A stretch of 64,000 nt of DNA from positions 64,001 through 128,000 of the forward strand of contig JBPOFY010000003.1 in NCBI GenBank assembly GCA_051252375.1, given 5' to 3'. Made by a program: the position numbers and the translations under genes. Positions 11,042 to 21,527 of this stretch are shown here, in pieces. Numbering within the stretch: the stretch's first letter is position 1; each line of letters starts with the position of its first letter. The stretch is from Opitutaceae bacterium. GTDB lineage: Bacteria > Verrucomicrobiota > Verrucomicrobiia > Opitutales > Coraliomargaritaceae. The notes under the pieces are model-generated. The model worked only from the letters and a program-made list of their open reading frames with translations, ran no database searches and was not told the DNA's origin.

Positions 11042-12718
11042 TTATCGCAGACGGTCGATCGCGGTTTCCGCTTCTGGGCGGAGAGGGTGACCAGGCGCGA
11101 GCTCGATAAATTGGCGGTAAAGTGAAGCGGCTGCAACTGCATCCTCAGCGATTCGCTCGTAGCCGCGGGCGAGTGATAGGGTGACTTCAGGGCTGCGAGG
11201 AAAGCGGTCGTGCGCGGTTTTGAGTTCTGTAAGAAATCCGCTAGGTGTTTTGGAGCGCTGTGCGACACGCAGGTAGTCGAGTGTATATTTGATTTCTCTA
11301 GGTGCGATGCGAATGGCTTCGAGCGCGGTGGTTTCGGCATTTTTGAATTGGCCGTCGATGAGGTAGGCGCGTGAAAGCAGGTTCCAAATATCGTCGCGGT
11401 CGTTGGCGCTGCCGAGAACTTGCCAGTAGCTGGAAATCGCGAGTTTGTAATTGCGGTCAGCTGTGGCCTGATCGGCTGCTTGGATGAGATCATCGATAGA
11501 GAGTGGTTTTCCAGCCGGGCGAACAGAGATGGGATCGATGGTTTCCTCTAAGGTGGTTTCTACGGGTGCCACATCGACTGTGTTGTCGACCATATAGTTG
11601 GTTGGGACGCTGTTGTCCTGTTGATCGTAGGTGACGCCAATTGTGACGTCTGGCTCGGCTGGTTCGATCACGATGGCGGGATTAAAAGTGATAGCTGTTC
11701 CTTCAGCGCTTTCCTCTGTGGTATCGACCGACACGACTTCGACTGCTGGTGTGTTGGCCATTGATTCGGCGGCTTCGAGGTCGGCGATGACTTGGGCTTT
11801 ACCTTCGGTGTCGGTTTTCTCGCTAGTCGTGTCATCGCTTGTGGCGACGACGGTGGCTTTTTCTGCCTCAGCAGCAGCTTTGGCGGCAGCAGCTTCGGCG
11901 GCCTTTTTTGCGGCTTCCGCCTTAGCGAGCTCGGCTTGCATGGCTGCTTGTGCCTCGCGCCAGCGCTTTAATTCGCTACGGGCAGATGCCCATTCGCTGG
12001 CATCGACGGCGCCTGGGAATTGTTTGTCTAAACGGACGATGACGCCTTCGGCACCTTTCCAATCTTTTTGACTGAGTTTGATTTGCAAGAGACCGAACAG
12101 AGCGGTGAGTGCGTCTGGGCTGTCATTATCGACGGCGAGTTCAAACCAGCGTTCGGCTTGTGCGCCGTTTTCAAGCTGCATGAATAGGCTACCAATCGAG
12201 GCAGCAACATCTGCGGGTGGGGTGCTTTTCTCGGGGTTGACTCCTTTAAGGTAGGCGTCGAGCGCGAGTTGCGTTTTGTTATCCTTTGCTCGGGCTTTCC
12301 CTAGCTTGATCCAGAGTTCGTCGCTCATGGAGTCCGGTGCTTTAGTCGCCATCCGTTCCAGCAGTTGATTGGTGGGCTGGTTGGCTGCCTCGAGGGCTTT
12401 GTATGTTTGGAAAAGGAGCTCGATGTCGTCCGGATTTTGTTCGTGCGCTTGCTCAATAAAGAAGGCCGCCATGGTGGTGTCATTCTCTTCACTGAAAATA
12501 GTGCCGATCTGTCGTAATATCGCGGGATCGTTCGGGTGATCCGCAGCCAGTCCTTCAAGAATGCTTAGGGCTTCTTCGTTTTGCCCGTCAGCGCGCAGGT
12601 CGGCCACTTTATCGAGGCTGGAAGCTTTCTTTTCTTCAGGTCCACTGCAACCGATGAGCCCGATGAGGGTCAACGATAAGGAAATGAAGAATAGACGATT
12701 GAAGTTTGCTTTTGGCAT
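11042..12718 (-). CDS. TPR-repeat lipoprotein with central Ala-rich/acidic low-complexity linker
   Basis: Lipobox LIGC; repeated TPR-like helical units; AAKKAAEAAAAKAAAEAE linker. Confidence 0.8.
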   Translation of the reverse strand: MPKANFNRLFFISLSLTLIGLIGCSGPEEKKASSLDKVADLRADGQNEEALSILEGLAADHPNDPAILRQIGTIFSEENDTTMAAFFIEQAHEQNPDDIELLFQTYKALEAANQPTNQLLERMATKAPDSMSDELWIKLGKARAKDNKTQLALDAYLKGVNPEKSTPPADVAASIGSLFMQLENGAQAERWFELAVDNDSPDALTALFGLLQIKLSQKDWKGAEGVIVRLDKQFPGAVDASEWASARSELKRWREAQAAMQAELAKAEAAKKAAEAAAAKAAAEAEKATVVATSDDTTSEKTDTEGKAQVIADLEAAESMANTPAVEVVSVDTTEESAEGTAITFNPAIVIEPAEPDVTIGVTYDQQDNSVPTNYMVDNTVDVAPVETTLEETIDPISVRPAGKPLSIDDLIQAADQATADRNYKLAISSYWQVLGSANDRDDIWNLLSRAYLIDGQFKNAETTALEAIRIAPREIKYTLDYLRVAQRSKTPSGFLTELKTAHDRFPRSPEVTLSLARGYERIAEDAVAAASLYRQFIELAPGHPLRPEAETAIDRLR

Positions 12719-12767
12719 ATGCCGGATTTTTGTTCGGAGTGTGTATATGTTACGAATAACGAAGACT

Positions 12768-13871
12768 ATGGGGGATTTACTTTCGTTTCCCCACTATATC
12801 TGTCAAGTGGATAGGCGCTGGCGTGGATTAAAGGGGCGTGTCAGCTTTCTGCTGCTGTGCTTCTTTGGTTTAGTCGGGTCGCTAGTGGCGATACCGCAGA
12901 AGGCACCAGCTGGTTTGGTTTGGGAGGCTGAAATTGCGCCAGGGGCGTTGTATTATGCTGAAGTGGAAGCTCTGCTATCCCACTACGAACAAGTTGTCGG
13001 TGCCGAACTGAAGCCTGCCGATCGCGTAAAGGTCGGATTAAAAGTGAACACTCGGGGCGGAAAGGGCTTGAGCACTTCGCTGCAATTGCTGCGGGCGGTG
13101 ATCGAGGCGCTGGAGTTGCGCGGTTACGCTCGGGAGAACATCGTGATTACCGATTATGCCGCCTATAATTTGCGTCAGGCGGGCATTATGCCACCACTGA
13201 GTGACATGGGCGCGCAGTTCGAGGGCTGTCCCGTGGTTGCTCTGGATAGCGGGCAGTATTATGATGCGGACTGGTTCTATGATAGTCCGTTACCACCTGC
13301 GCTGCAGCAAGAACCGCAATTGTTTGGTGCCTTCAGCCGTTCGCAGACGCTGGAAGAAGGGGTTGAGGAGCGAAAAAGTTTTCTCTCAAAACCGTTGTTA
13401 TTAGAAGTGGATTTTTGGATCAACCTAGCGGTTGGGGTGGACGGTCCGGCATTGGGTGTAGATGGCGTGTTGGCCAATGCGACGCTTTGGAATGTGAGCA
13501 ATAGTCAGCGTTTTTTAGTGAACCAAGCGACGGCCTCGGCAGCGGTGGCTGAAATTGCGGCGATTCCCGAGCTATCCGAACGAATGGTTCTGAATATGGT
13601 ATCTTTGGAGCGCTATCAATTCATAGCGGGACCTTTCTTTAATTCTCTCTACTGTCGATCCGAGCCGAGATTATGGATGAGCAGTGATCCGGTGGCCCTC
13701 GATCGGTTACTGTTTGATCGGTTTAATTCACATCGCTTGTTGGAAGGGTTTCCGGAGATTGATCCGATGCCGAGTCAGTTACTTTTCGCGTCAAGTTTGG
13801 GTTTGGGGGTGTTTGAGCGATCTAAGATTCGGATCGAACCGGTGGCGACTGTGGTCGGTCCAAAATTGTAG
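12768..13871 (+). CDS. DUF362-like exported protein
   Basis: VKVGLKVN, LLRAVIEAL..RG, ADWFY, DFWINL and SSDPVALD resemble DUF362; hydrophobic N-terminus; start uncertain. Confidence 0.6.
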   Translation: MGDLLSFPHYICQVDRRWRGLKGRVSFLLLCFFGLVGSLVAIPQKAPAGLVWEAEIAPGALYYAEVEALLSHYEQVVGAELKPADRVKVGLKVNTRGGKGLSTSLQLLRAVIEALELRGYARENIVITDYAAYNLRQAGIMPPLSDMGAQFEGCPVVALDSGQYYDADWFYDSPLPPALQQEPQLFGAFSRSQTLEEGVEERKSFLSKPLLLEVDFWINLAVGVDGPALGVDGVLANATLWNVSNSQRFLVNQATASAAVAEIAAIPELSERMVLNMVSLERYQFIAGPFFNSLYCRSEPRLWMSSDPVALDRLLFDRFNSHRLLEGFPEIDPMPSQLLFASSLGLGVFERSKIRIEPVATVVGPKL

Positions 13872-13943
13872 CAGGCAGAAATAATTGAGCCTTCCGGTAA
13901 AAACACCTTGAACTAGCCGAGAAAGCCGCCTTCTTTCTTTCGT

Positions 13944-14318
13944 ATGCAGATTGCGGACTATTATCCGATACTTGTTCAGTTTTCTATCGCAACCGGAATT
14001 GGTGCGGTCGTTCTTGTCGCGTCTCATATTTTCGGTCAGCGCGGTTCACGCGGCGCAATTAAAGATTCCCCTTACGAGTGCGGTATGTTGGCGCAAGGTT
14101 CGGGGCATGCGCGCTTCGCAGTGAAGTTTTATGTCACGGCGATGTTGTTTATTCTTTTTGATATCGAAGTGGTTTTCTTGATCCCCTGGGTCTTGATCTT
14201 TCGTGAATTTCTTGCCGCGCAGTTGCCCATCTTGCTCCCCGTTTTCTTCTTTCTCTTTGTTCTGGTTTTAGGACTGGTCTATGAGTTGAAAAAAGGCGCG
14301 ATTGAGTGGGAGAAGTAG
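13944..14318 (+). CDS. nuoA: NADH-quinone oxidoreductase subunit A
   Basis: PYECG, KFYVTAMLFILFDIEVVFLIPW, YELKKGAIEWE; three TM helices. Confidence 0.95.
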   Translation: MQIADYYPILVQFSIATGIGAVVLVASHIFGQRGSRGAIKDSPYECGMLAQGSGHARFAVKFYVTAMLFILFDIEVVFLIPWVLIFREFLAAQLPILLPVFFFLFVLVLGLVYELKKGAIEWEK

Positions 14319-14431
14319 TGCGCCGCTAAGTTGTTAATTATTAGTTGCTTGTTGATCTTTCAAGATCGATGGCTATTAGTTTAGCAACACCTTCACCAAA
14401 TTCGCCTCTTCCTCGACTTTATTCATTCTCT

Positions 14432-15790
14432 ATGCGCATAGACCGTTACATTGCTAAATCTCGTGTGGTCGATCTCGAAAGCACGGATTTTAAGTCGGCA
14501 TTGAGCGAGTTATTAAAGGTTTGTGACATTACGAAAGAGCGAGGGCTGACGAAGAAAGGCCTGCTCGCAGATCTGTTGGCGCGTGAGAAACAGATGACGA
14601 CCTATCTGGGTAATGGCGTTTGTTTGCCGCATGCGAGGGTGTCGATGAAGCGACCTTATATGATTGCGGTTGGTCGTTGCCCGCAGGGTCTTGTATATGA
14701 TGGGCAGAAGGAGTATCAGGAGATCCGATACGTATTTCTTCTCTTGGCGGCCGAAAATGCACGCAGCTATTTGTATGGACTGGCTTCGTTGGCGCGGGTC
14801 TTCCAAGACGAGGCGCACATGGCGAAGTTGAATGCGGCGAAATCATTGCCCGAGTTCCGGCTAGAGCTGAAATCTGTTTTTGGCGGTGATGGCAACAAGC
14901 CCCGCCAGAAGCACAATCGTTTTAATAACTTGATTCTCAAGGAAGCGGCTAAGATCGCAAAAGGCGCGAACTGCACCTCGGTGCTGGTCTTTGGAGATAC
15001 TTTTGGCGGTGGCGTCGAAATCGGCAAAGTCTTTAAAGGGTTTAAAACGGTCTTAATTGCCCACACGACATCTGATAGCATCGCCGAGCACTCCGATATC
15101 GATGCGGTGTTGCCCATACGTTCCTATAGTAATCACCGTTTCTCTCAATTGCGCAGCGCGGTGTTGATTGGTCTGACTCGTGGCACATTTGGCAACCATG
15201 ATCGGCTTTGCTGTGTCGGTGGATTGCCGCAAAGCAATCAGTTCGACAGTATCACAGTGGTGGATGTGGAACGCGAATTTCGAACCATGCTCATGCAGAA
15301 GACGGATATGCTGCCTGCCAGTGTAAAGCCTGAGGTGATCGAGCGTGTCCTGGCGATTGCCACGGAGCTCGCAGTCGAAGGCCGTGAAGGGCATCCCGTG
15401 GGTTGCCTCTTTGCATTAGGTGATTCAGATAAAATTTCGGAATATACAAAACCACTCATCTTGAATCCATTTTATGGATACAAAGACGAGGACCGCAATA
15501 TTCTGAATCCATTCATGGATGAAACGGTGAAGGAGCTATCGTCCATCGACGGAGCATTCATTATTCGAGGTGATGGTGTGCTGATTTCCGCCGGTTCGTT
15601 GATTCATGCGCCCGATTATACGCATAATTTGCCAAGCGGGCTGGGTAGTCGCCACGCGGCTGCAGCATCGATTTCTCAGGCGGTTGATTGCCTGTGTATC
15701 GTGGTTTCCGGTAGCACAGGCCAGGTCACGCTGTTCCGCCGCGGTGAAATGTTGCCACTCATTGAGAAGGCTTTAGTCCGAAATAGCTGA
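14432..15790 (+). CDS. Diadenylate cyclase (DacZ-type DisA_N domain) fused to an N-terminal PTS EIIA(Ntr/Fru) domain
   Basis: N-terminal REKQMTTYLGNGVCLPHAR (EIIA phospho-His motif); C-terminal EGREGHPVG, ELSSIDGAFII, GLGSRHAAA, IVVS (DAC motifs). Confidence 0.88.
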   Translation: MRIDRYIAKSRVVDLESTDFKSALSELLKVCDITKERGLTKKGLLADLLAREKQMTTYLGNGVCLPHARVSMKRPYMIAVGRCPQGLVYDGQKEYQEIRYVFLLLAAENARSYLYGLASLARVFQDEAHMAKLNAAKSLPEFRLELKSVFGGDGNKPRQKHNRFNNLILKEAAKIAKGANCTSVLVFGDTFGGGVEIGKVFKGFKTVLIAHTTSDSIAEHSDIDAVLPIRSYSNHRFSQLRSAVLIGLTRGTFGNHDRLCCVGGLPQSNQFDSITVVDVEREFRTMLMQKTDMLPASVKPEVIERVLAIATELAVEGREGHPVGCLFALGDSDKISEYTKPLILNPFYGYKDEDRNILNPFMDETVKELSSIDGAFIIRGDGVLISAGSLIHAPDYTHNLPSGLGSRHAAAASISQAVDCLCIVVSGSTGQVTLFRRGEMLPLIEKALVRNS

Positions 15791-15886
15791 TCGATTCGCG
15801 GTAAAAAGGTTTGAAGGTATTGAGGTCTTACTGCTGAGCCTAATTTTAACCTTCCCACTTTTACACTTTCTGACCTTCATACATCT

Positions 15887-16696
15887 ATGAACCGTATCGA
15901 ACAAGCCTTTGCTAAAGCCCGCTCCGAAAACCGCGCGGCCTTCGTCGCCTATCTCTGTGCCGGTGATCCAGACTTTGACACCTCCGTGGCGGCTTGCCGT
16001 GCTATTTTGGATGCCGGAGTGGACGTGTTGGAGCTTGGCGTGCCGTTTTCGGATCCATTGGCAGATGGTTTGACCAATCAACTAGCGGCCCAGCGTGCGC
16101 TTGAAAGCGGCATGACCAGCGAGCGTGTGCTCGAGCTCGTGCGTGCGGTGCGCAGCTTTAGTGATGTGCCGATTGTCTTTTACACTTACTATAATTTGGT
16201 CTTCGCGCAGGGCAGTGAGGCCTATGCCGAGAGAGCGAAAGCAGCCGGTGTGGACGGTATACTGACCCTCGACTTGCCACCCGAAGAAGCGGGTGAGCAT
16301 TTGGCCGCCTGCGAAAAGCATGGTCTCGGCACGGTGTTCATCGTAGCGCCGACCACGCCGGACGAGCGCTTAGAGATTATCTGCGGTGCGACGAGTGGAT
16401 TTGTTTACTATGTTTCCCGCGAAGGTGTGACCGGCGAGCAAGCCGCGATGTCAGACGGCATTCGTGCCAGTGTGGAAAACATTAAGAAGCACACCGATCT
16501 ACCGGTCGTCGTCGGATTTGGGATTTCAAATGCCGATCATGTGCAGACCGTCGCGCAAGCAGCCGATGGTGTGGTGGTCGGCAGTGCGATTGTAAACTGT
16601 ATCGCTGAGAATCTCGGCGATCCTGCTGCGATCACTGCTGCTTTGTCTGCGAAGATGGCCGCCTTGACCGCTGGTGGCGCTTTGCAAAAGCAGTAG
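15887..16696 (+). CDS. trpA: Tryptophan synthase alpha chain
   Basis: AGDP, LELGVPFSDPLADG, YYVSREGVTG, VGFGIS, ADGVVVGSA. Confidence 0.97.
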   Translation: MNRIEQAFAKARSENRAAFVAYLCAGDPDFDTSVAACRAILDAGVDVLELGVPFSDPLADGLTNQLAAQRALESGMTSERVLELVRAVRSFSDVPIVFYTYYNLVFAQGSEAYAERAKAAGVDGILTLDLPPEEAGEHLAACEKHGLGTVFIVAPTTPDERLEIICGATSGFVYYVSREGVTGEQAAMSDGIRASVENIKKHTDLPVVVGFGISNADHVQTVAQAADGVVVGSAIVNCIAENLGDPAAITAALSAKMAALTAGGALQKQ

Positions 16697-16742
16697 CGTA
16701 GTTGGGGCCGTCCTCGGGGGTTCGGTGTTCCGTCTTATTCGC

Positions 16743-17153
16743 TTATTTGGTGTAGGTGTTCACTGACACGGCTGCAGTGAGTCCATTCTTAAACTTTGCG
16801 GCTGGCGGATGCGGTGCGCTAGAGTCGAATTCGAGCACTTGCGTCTCAAGTGGAAAGCCGTCCATCTCAGATTCCAGGGTCACTAGAATCATGCTTGGAT
16901 CAGAGGCGTCGGTGCTCTGGCTAATCGAAACTTCTTTCTTGTCGGTCAGGGATATGATCTGCCCCGTGGACGGGGTCTTGTTGCTGATCGTGCCAAGTTC
17001 TTGGCGACGGGTCATCTCACCCCCTCCAGAAAACTGATTGGGATGGGAGAATACAACTTTCGTCTCCACCATTGTTGCTTCCGTAGAGTTCTTATTACAG
17101 CCGGCAAAAATGAAGCAAAGCGCGGAAAGGATTGTGAGAAGTATGGTTTTCAT
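16743..17153 (-). CDS. Hypothetical lipoprotein
   Basis: MKTILL...FAGC lipobox; no family recognised. Confidence 0.65.
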   Translation of the reverse strand: MKTILLTILSALCFIFAGCNKNSTEATMVETKVVFSHPNQFSGGGEMTRRQELGTISNKTPSTGQIISLTDKKEVSISQSTDASDPSMILVTLESEMDGFPLETQVLEFDSSAPHPPAAKFKNGLTAAVSVNTYTK

Positions 17154-17219
17154 ATTTTTAGCGAATAGGACGCTAAGAGGGAGACGTTAAACTTTAGACT
17201 TTCTTCGCGCTCCTTTGCC

Positions 17220-19073
17220 TTACGCGCTGATCAGCTCGGCTTCGTCTTTTTCGACCTTTAGGTTTTCGATGATGAACTCTTGGCGCTCGGGTGTGTTTTT
17301 ACCCATGTAGAAGGTGAGCATGTCTTTAATCGTCATGCCTTTTGGTATGATGACTGGATCGAGGCGGATGTTTTTGCCGATGAAGTGTTGGAACTCGTCG
17401 GGCGAGATTTCACCGAGACCTTTGAATCGTGTGATCTCGGGTTTAGGACCGCATTCTTCGATCGCCTTGACGCGCTCTTCTTCGCTGTAGCAGTAGCGGG
17501 TGACCTTCTTGTTGCGCACTCGGAAGAGTGGGGTTTGCAAAATATGCAGGTGGCCTTGCTTGATGAGTTCTGGGAAGAACTGTAGGAAGAATGTAATCAA
17601 CAGTAGGCGGATATGCATACCATCGACATCGGCATCGGTAGCGATGACGACGTTGTTGTAGCGTAAGTCGTCGAGGCCGTTCTCGATATTGAGCGCGTCC
17701 TGAAGGAGGTTGAACTCTTCGTTTTCGTAAACGACTTTTTTGGTCAGTCCGAAGGAGTTGAGTGGCTTACCCTTGAGTGAGAAAACCGCCTGTGAATTGA
17801 CGTTGCGTGCCTTTGTGATCGAGCCGGATGCGGAATCGCCCTCGGTGATGAAAAGAGTGGAGTCGAGGCGACCGTCTTTCTTGGTGTCGAGGTGGATGCG
17901 GCAGTCGCGTAGTTTCTTGTTGTGGAGCTTTGCTTTTTTCGCGCGTTCGCGGGCGAGTTTTTGAATGCCTTTAAGTTCTTTGCGATTGCGCTCTGAATCT
18001 TGGATTTTTTTGCCAAGGATCTCGGCCGTCACGGGATTGCGGTGGAGGTAGTTGTCGAGCGCTTGCTTGATGAAATTCATCATGAAGGTGCGCACCGTTG
18101 GACCTTTGGGACCCATATCTTGCGAGCCGAGCTTGGTCTTTGTTTGCGATTCAAAAACAGGCTCCTCGACTTTGATCGCGACGGCGGCACAGATGGAGGT
18201 GCGGATGTCGACGGCATCGAAGTCTTTCTTGTAGAATTCCTTGATGGTCTTGGCGAGCGCTTCGCGGAAAGCGGCGAGGTGGGTGCCGCCCATTGTGGTG
18301 TGCTGACCGTTGACGAAGGAGTAGTAGTCCTCGCCGTAAGAGTCGTTGTGGGTGAAAGCGATCTCGATGTCGGTATCCTTGAGGTGGACGATCGGATACA
18401 TAGGCGCGCCATCGAGTTTGTTTTCGAGGAGATCGTGGAGACCTTTGTCGGATTTGAATTTCTTGCCGTTATAGACGATGGTCAGCCCGCTGTTGAGGTA
18501 GGCGTAGTTCCAGAGCATGTCTTCGACGTAGTCATCGCGGAAGCGGACTTTGCCGAAGATCTCGGGGTCGGCATCGAAGCGCAGAGCGGTGCCGTTTCTG
18601 GCGTCTTTGTCCGCCTTGTCCTTTTTGTCTTCCGAAATGACTTCGCCTTGGGAAAAGGAGACTGAGCGGGTCTTGCCTTCGCGGAAGGCTTGGATTTCGA
18701 ATTCAGAGGAGAGGGCGTTGACGGCCTTGATGCCGACGCCATTTAAACCGACAGATTTTTTGAAGGCTTCGGAGTCGTATTTGGCGCCGGTGTTGATCTT
18801 GGAGGCGCAGTCCTTGAGTTTGCCCAGTGGGATACCGCGACCGTAGTCGCGCACGGCAACGTGGGTGCCGTCGATGTTGACTTCGATGATCTTGCCGTTG
18901 CCCATAACGAACTCGTCGATCGAGTTGTCGATGACCTCTTTGAGGAGGATGTAGATGCCGTCATCGGAGGATGAGCCGTCTCCGAGCTTACCAATATACA
19001 TGCCGGGGCGCAGGCGGATGTGTTGTTTCCAGTCGAGGGATTTGATGCTATCTTCGGTGTAATCAGCAGACAT
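17220..19073 (-). CDS. parE: DNA topoisomerase IV subunit B (second type IIA B subunit)
   Basis: [41 protein letters not shown]; shorter than and divergent from the gyrB at 32205. Confidence 0.85.
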   Translation of the reverse strand: MSADYTEDSIKSLDWKQHIRLRPGMYIGKLGDGSSSDDGIYILLKEVIDNSIDEFVMGNGKIIEVNIDGTHVAVRDYGRGIPLGKLKDCASKINTGAKYDSEAFKKSVGLNGVGIKAVNALSSEFEIQAFREGKTRSVSFSQGEVISEDKKDKADKDARNGTALRFDADPEIFGKVRFRDDYVEDMLWNYAYLNSGLTIVYNGKKFKSDKGLHDLLENKLDGAPMYPIVHLKDTDIEIAFTHNDSYGEDYYSFVNGQHTTMGGTHLAAFREALAKTIKEFYKKDFDAVDIRTSICAAVAIKVEEPVFESQTKTKLGSQDMGPKGPTVRTFMMNFIKQALDNYLHRNPVTAEILGKKIQDSERNRKELKGIQKLARERAKKAKLHNKKLRDCRIHLDTKKDGRLDSTLFITEGDSASGSITKARNVNSQAVFSLKGKPLNSFGLTKKVVYENEEFNLLQDALNIENGLDDLRYNNVVIATDADVDGMHIRLLLITFFLQFFPELIKQGHLHILQTPLFRVRNKKVTRYCYSEEERVKAIEECGPKPEITRFKGLGEISPDEFQHFIGKNIRLDPVIIPKGMTIKDMLTFYMGKNTPERQEFIIENLKVEKDEAELISA

Positions 19074-19083
19074 GAAGGCTGTT

Positions 19084-19125
19084 TTGAACATCGAACATCG
19101 AACGCTCAACATTGAACTTCGAATT
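19084..19125. repeat. Tandem heptamer repeat, consensus TCGAACA (6 units)
   Basis: ttgaaca-tcgaaca-tcgaacg-ctcaaca-ttgaact-tcgaatt. Confidence 0.75.
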
Positions 19126-19225
19126 TTTGCGAAATCGTCGCCAGTTGGCGGTATGCGCTCGGCTAAATGACTTTCGGATTTGCTTTACCCGCAGAGGGAA
19201 TGTCTGTGTCCTTGCTCGTTCTGCT

Positions 19226-20485
19226 ATGAACTTGATTCTTATTACCTTTATTTGCCTTTTAGTGCTGAAGCTCGTGACGGGCATCGTTTTGGACCTGATT
19301 AACATGCGCCATGCGCGTGCTGCCTCGTCCGAAGTGCCTGAGAGCTTTCGCGATTTTATCGATCTGCCGACCTATCAAAAATCGATTGAATATACGGTGG
19401 CGAAGACTCGCTTCGGTATCGTCAACGAGGTTTACGACGCCCTTATCTTGGCGGTCGTGCTAATCGCCGGTTTTTTGCCATGGCTCTATAATGCCTTGAG
19501 CGGCGTATTGGGCTATGGAGTATGGGGGCAGTCGGCGGTATTGTTTCTCATCGGTGTGATTTTGGGCCTGCCGGGTCTGCCATTTGATTGGTGGGGCACT
19601 TTTCGATTAGAGGAGCGTTTTGGTTTTAATAAGAGCACGGTCGGGCTGTGGATCATGGATAAGATCAAGGGCATGATTCTGGGCCTTGTGATCGGTCTTC
19701 CGCTACTAGCGTTATTGGTTTATCTTGTGAGTGCTGCGGGCACGCTCTGGTGGGTGTGGGGCTTCTCGGTCTTTTTTATCTTCCAACTCGTGATGGTGGT
19801 GGCTTACCCGATGTTTATCATGCCGCTCTTTAATAAGTTGGAGCCGATGGAGGAGGGCGCGTTGAAGGACCGCCTGTTCGCTTTGGCAGATCGCACCGGA
19901 TTTAAAGCGCAGACGATTCTAGTTATTGATGGCAGCAAACGTTCGGGGCATTCGAATGCTTTCTTCTCGGGCTTTGGGCGCTTTCGTCGAATCGTGCTCT
20001 ATGATACCTTGATTGAGCAAATGGATGAGGTGGAACTAGAGGCAGTTTTGGCCCACGAGATCGGTCATTACAAGCTGGGGCATATTCCTAAAATGATCGC
20101 GATGTCCGGCGTTTCAACCTTGGGGATGTTTGCGCTGCTAGGTTGGTTGGCGAATGGCACGTGGTTGGCAGAGGCTTTTTATTTTAGCGCAACGGATGCG
20201 GTGCATATTGTCCCGGTGCTTTTGTTGTTTATGCTGTTAAGCGGTTTGCTGACCTTTTGGTTGTCACCCTTGACGAGTCGTTTGTCGCGTAAGCATGAAT
20301 ACGAGGCCGATGCGTTTGCCCGCGATGCCATGGAAAGCTCCGAACCTCTGAGTAGTGCTTTGCGCAAGATGCATAAGGAAAACCTGAGTAATCTGACGCC
20401 GCACCCGATTTACAGTGCATTCTATTATTCGCACCCAACTTTGCTCGAAAGAGAGGCTTCTTTAAAGACTTTCAAAAACACGTGA
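19226..20485 (+). CDS. M48 family (Ste24p-like) integral membrane zinc metalloprotease
   Basis: [55 protein letters not shown]. Confidence 0.93.
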   Translation: MNLILITFICLLVLKLVTGIVLDLINMRHARAASSEVPESFRDFIDLPTYQKSIEYTVAKTRFGIVNEVYDALILAVVLIAGFLPWLYNALSGVLGYGVWGQSAVLFLIGVILGLPGLPFDWWGTFRLEERFGFNKSTVGLWIMDKIKGMILGLVIGLPLLALLVYLVSAAGTLWWVWGFSVFFIFQLVMVVAYPMFIMPLFNKLEPMEEGALKDRLFALADRTGFKAQTILVIDGSKRSGHSNAFFSGFGRFRRIVLYDTLIEQMDEVELEAVLAHEIGHYKLGHIPKMIAMSGVSTLGMFALLGWLANGTWLAEAFYFSATDAVHIVPVLLLFMLLSGLLTFWLSPLTSRLSRKHEYEADAFARDAMESSEPLSSALRKMHKENLSNLTPHPIYSAFYYSHPTLLEREASLKTFKNT

Positions 20486-20523
20486 GTTAGTTTCTAGTAG
20501 GTAGCTCCTAATTGGCTACCTTG

Positions 20524-21453
20524 ATGTGTTTACTCTTTAAATACGGTTCAGTTTTCTTGCTTTGCAGCCTTTGTGTCTCGACTGCGCTGGCGGAGACGGT
20601 GCGTATTGCGACTTACAATGTGCGCAATTATCTGGTGATGGATCGGCATGTGGGTGCGTTTTGGCGTCCTTCCTACCCGAAGCCAGAGAGCGAGAAGTCG
20701 ATGGTGCGCGAGGTCATACGCGATATACGCCCAGATATTCTTGTTTTGCAGGAAATGGGATCTCTTGATTTCTTGGAAGAATTACGAGCTGATTTGAATC
20801 AAGACGGGGTGCACTATCCACACGCTATTCTCATGGATGGACCGGATCCCGATCGTCACGTAGCCATCTTATCGATGATCAGCCCAACGGATGTGAAGAA
20901 GCATGCGCATTTAGACTTTAAATATTTAGAGGGTCGGGAAGTCGTTAAGCGCGGACTTTTAGAGGTTAGTTTTCAATCTGAGAGTGGAGAATTATTTCGG
21001 GTGTTCGGGCTGCATCTAAAAAGTCGTTGGACTGTGGATAAGGCAGACCCTGAATCTGAATTGCGTCGAGTTCGTGAGGCTGAAGCCTGTAGGAATCGAA
21101 TCATTGAGCGCACCGCAAACATGGAAGAGGATCGATTTATTATCGCTGGGGACTTTAATGCACATCCGGGGAGTTCCGCGATGCGGCGCTTTTATCAACG
21201 TGGTAGTTTGGCTATTGGCTCATTGTTACATGCTGCCGATTCTCGCGGCGAGGTGTGGACTTATTTTTACGAGAAAGAAGCCCTCTATCAATCAGTTGAT
21301 GGGTTTGTGCTGTCATCTTCGATAGCACCATATGTTCGGACAGGGAAGGGGAAGATTGCAGACCATCCAGGTGTCTTGACGGGCAGTGATCACCGAATGG
21401 TTTACGCTGACTTTGTATTTGGTTCAGCTACACCTGCTGCAGAATCGAAGTAG
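20524..21453 (+). CDS. Exported endonuclease/exonuclease/phosphatase family protein
   Basis: Signal peptide ending ALA-E; ATYNV, LQE, HLKS, GDFN, SDH motifs. Confidence 0.88.
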   Translation: MCLLFKYGSVFLLCSLCVSTALAETVRIATYNVRNYLVMDRHVGAFWRPSYPKPESEKSMVREVIRDIRPDILVLQEMGSLDFLEELRADLNQDGVHYPHAILMDGPDPDRHVAILSMISPTDVKKHAHLDFKYLEGREVVKRGLLEVSFQSESGELFRVFGLHLKSRWTVDKADPESELRRVREAEACRNRIIERTANMEEDRFIIAGDFNAHPGSSAMRRFYQRGSLAIGSLLHAADSRGEVWTYFYEKEALYQSVDGFVLSSSIAPYVRTGKGKIADHPGVLTGSDHRMVYADFVFGSATPAAESK

Positions 21454-21527
21454 ACGCTTCGAAAATTTTATTAATCAGGCTTCCTCTATTGCCAGCAGTC
21501 GATTGATTGCCAAATTTGGCGGGGATT

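Noticed and set aside
12561..12767. Apparent head-to-head overlap of the TPR and DUF362-like genes; similar extensions on 6579-7220, 19112-20485 and 23739-24212
   Set aside because: Artefacts of longest-ORF calling; downstream ATGs give non-overlapping genes.
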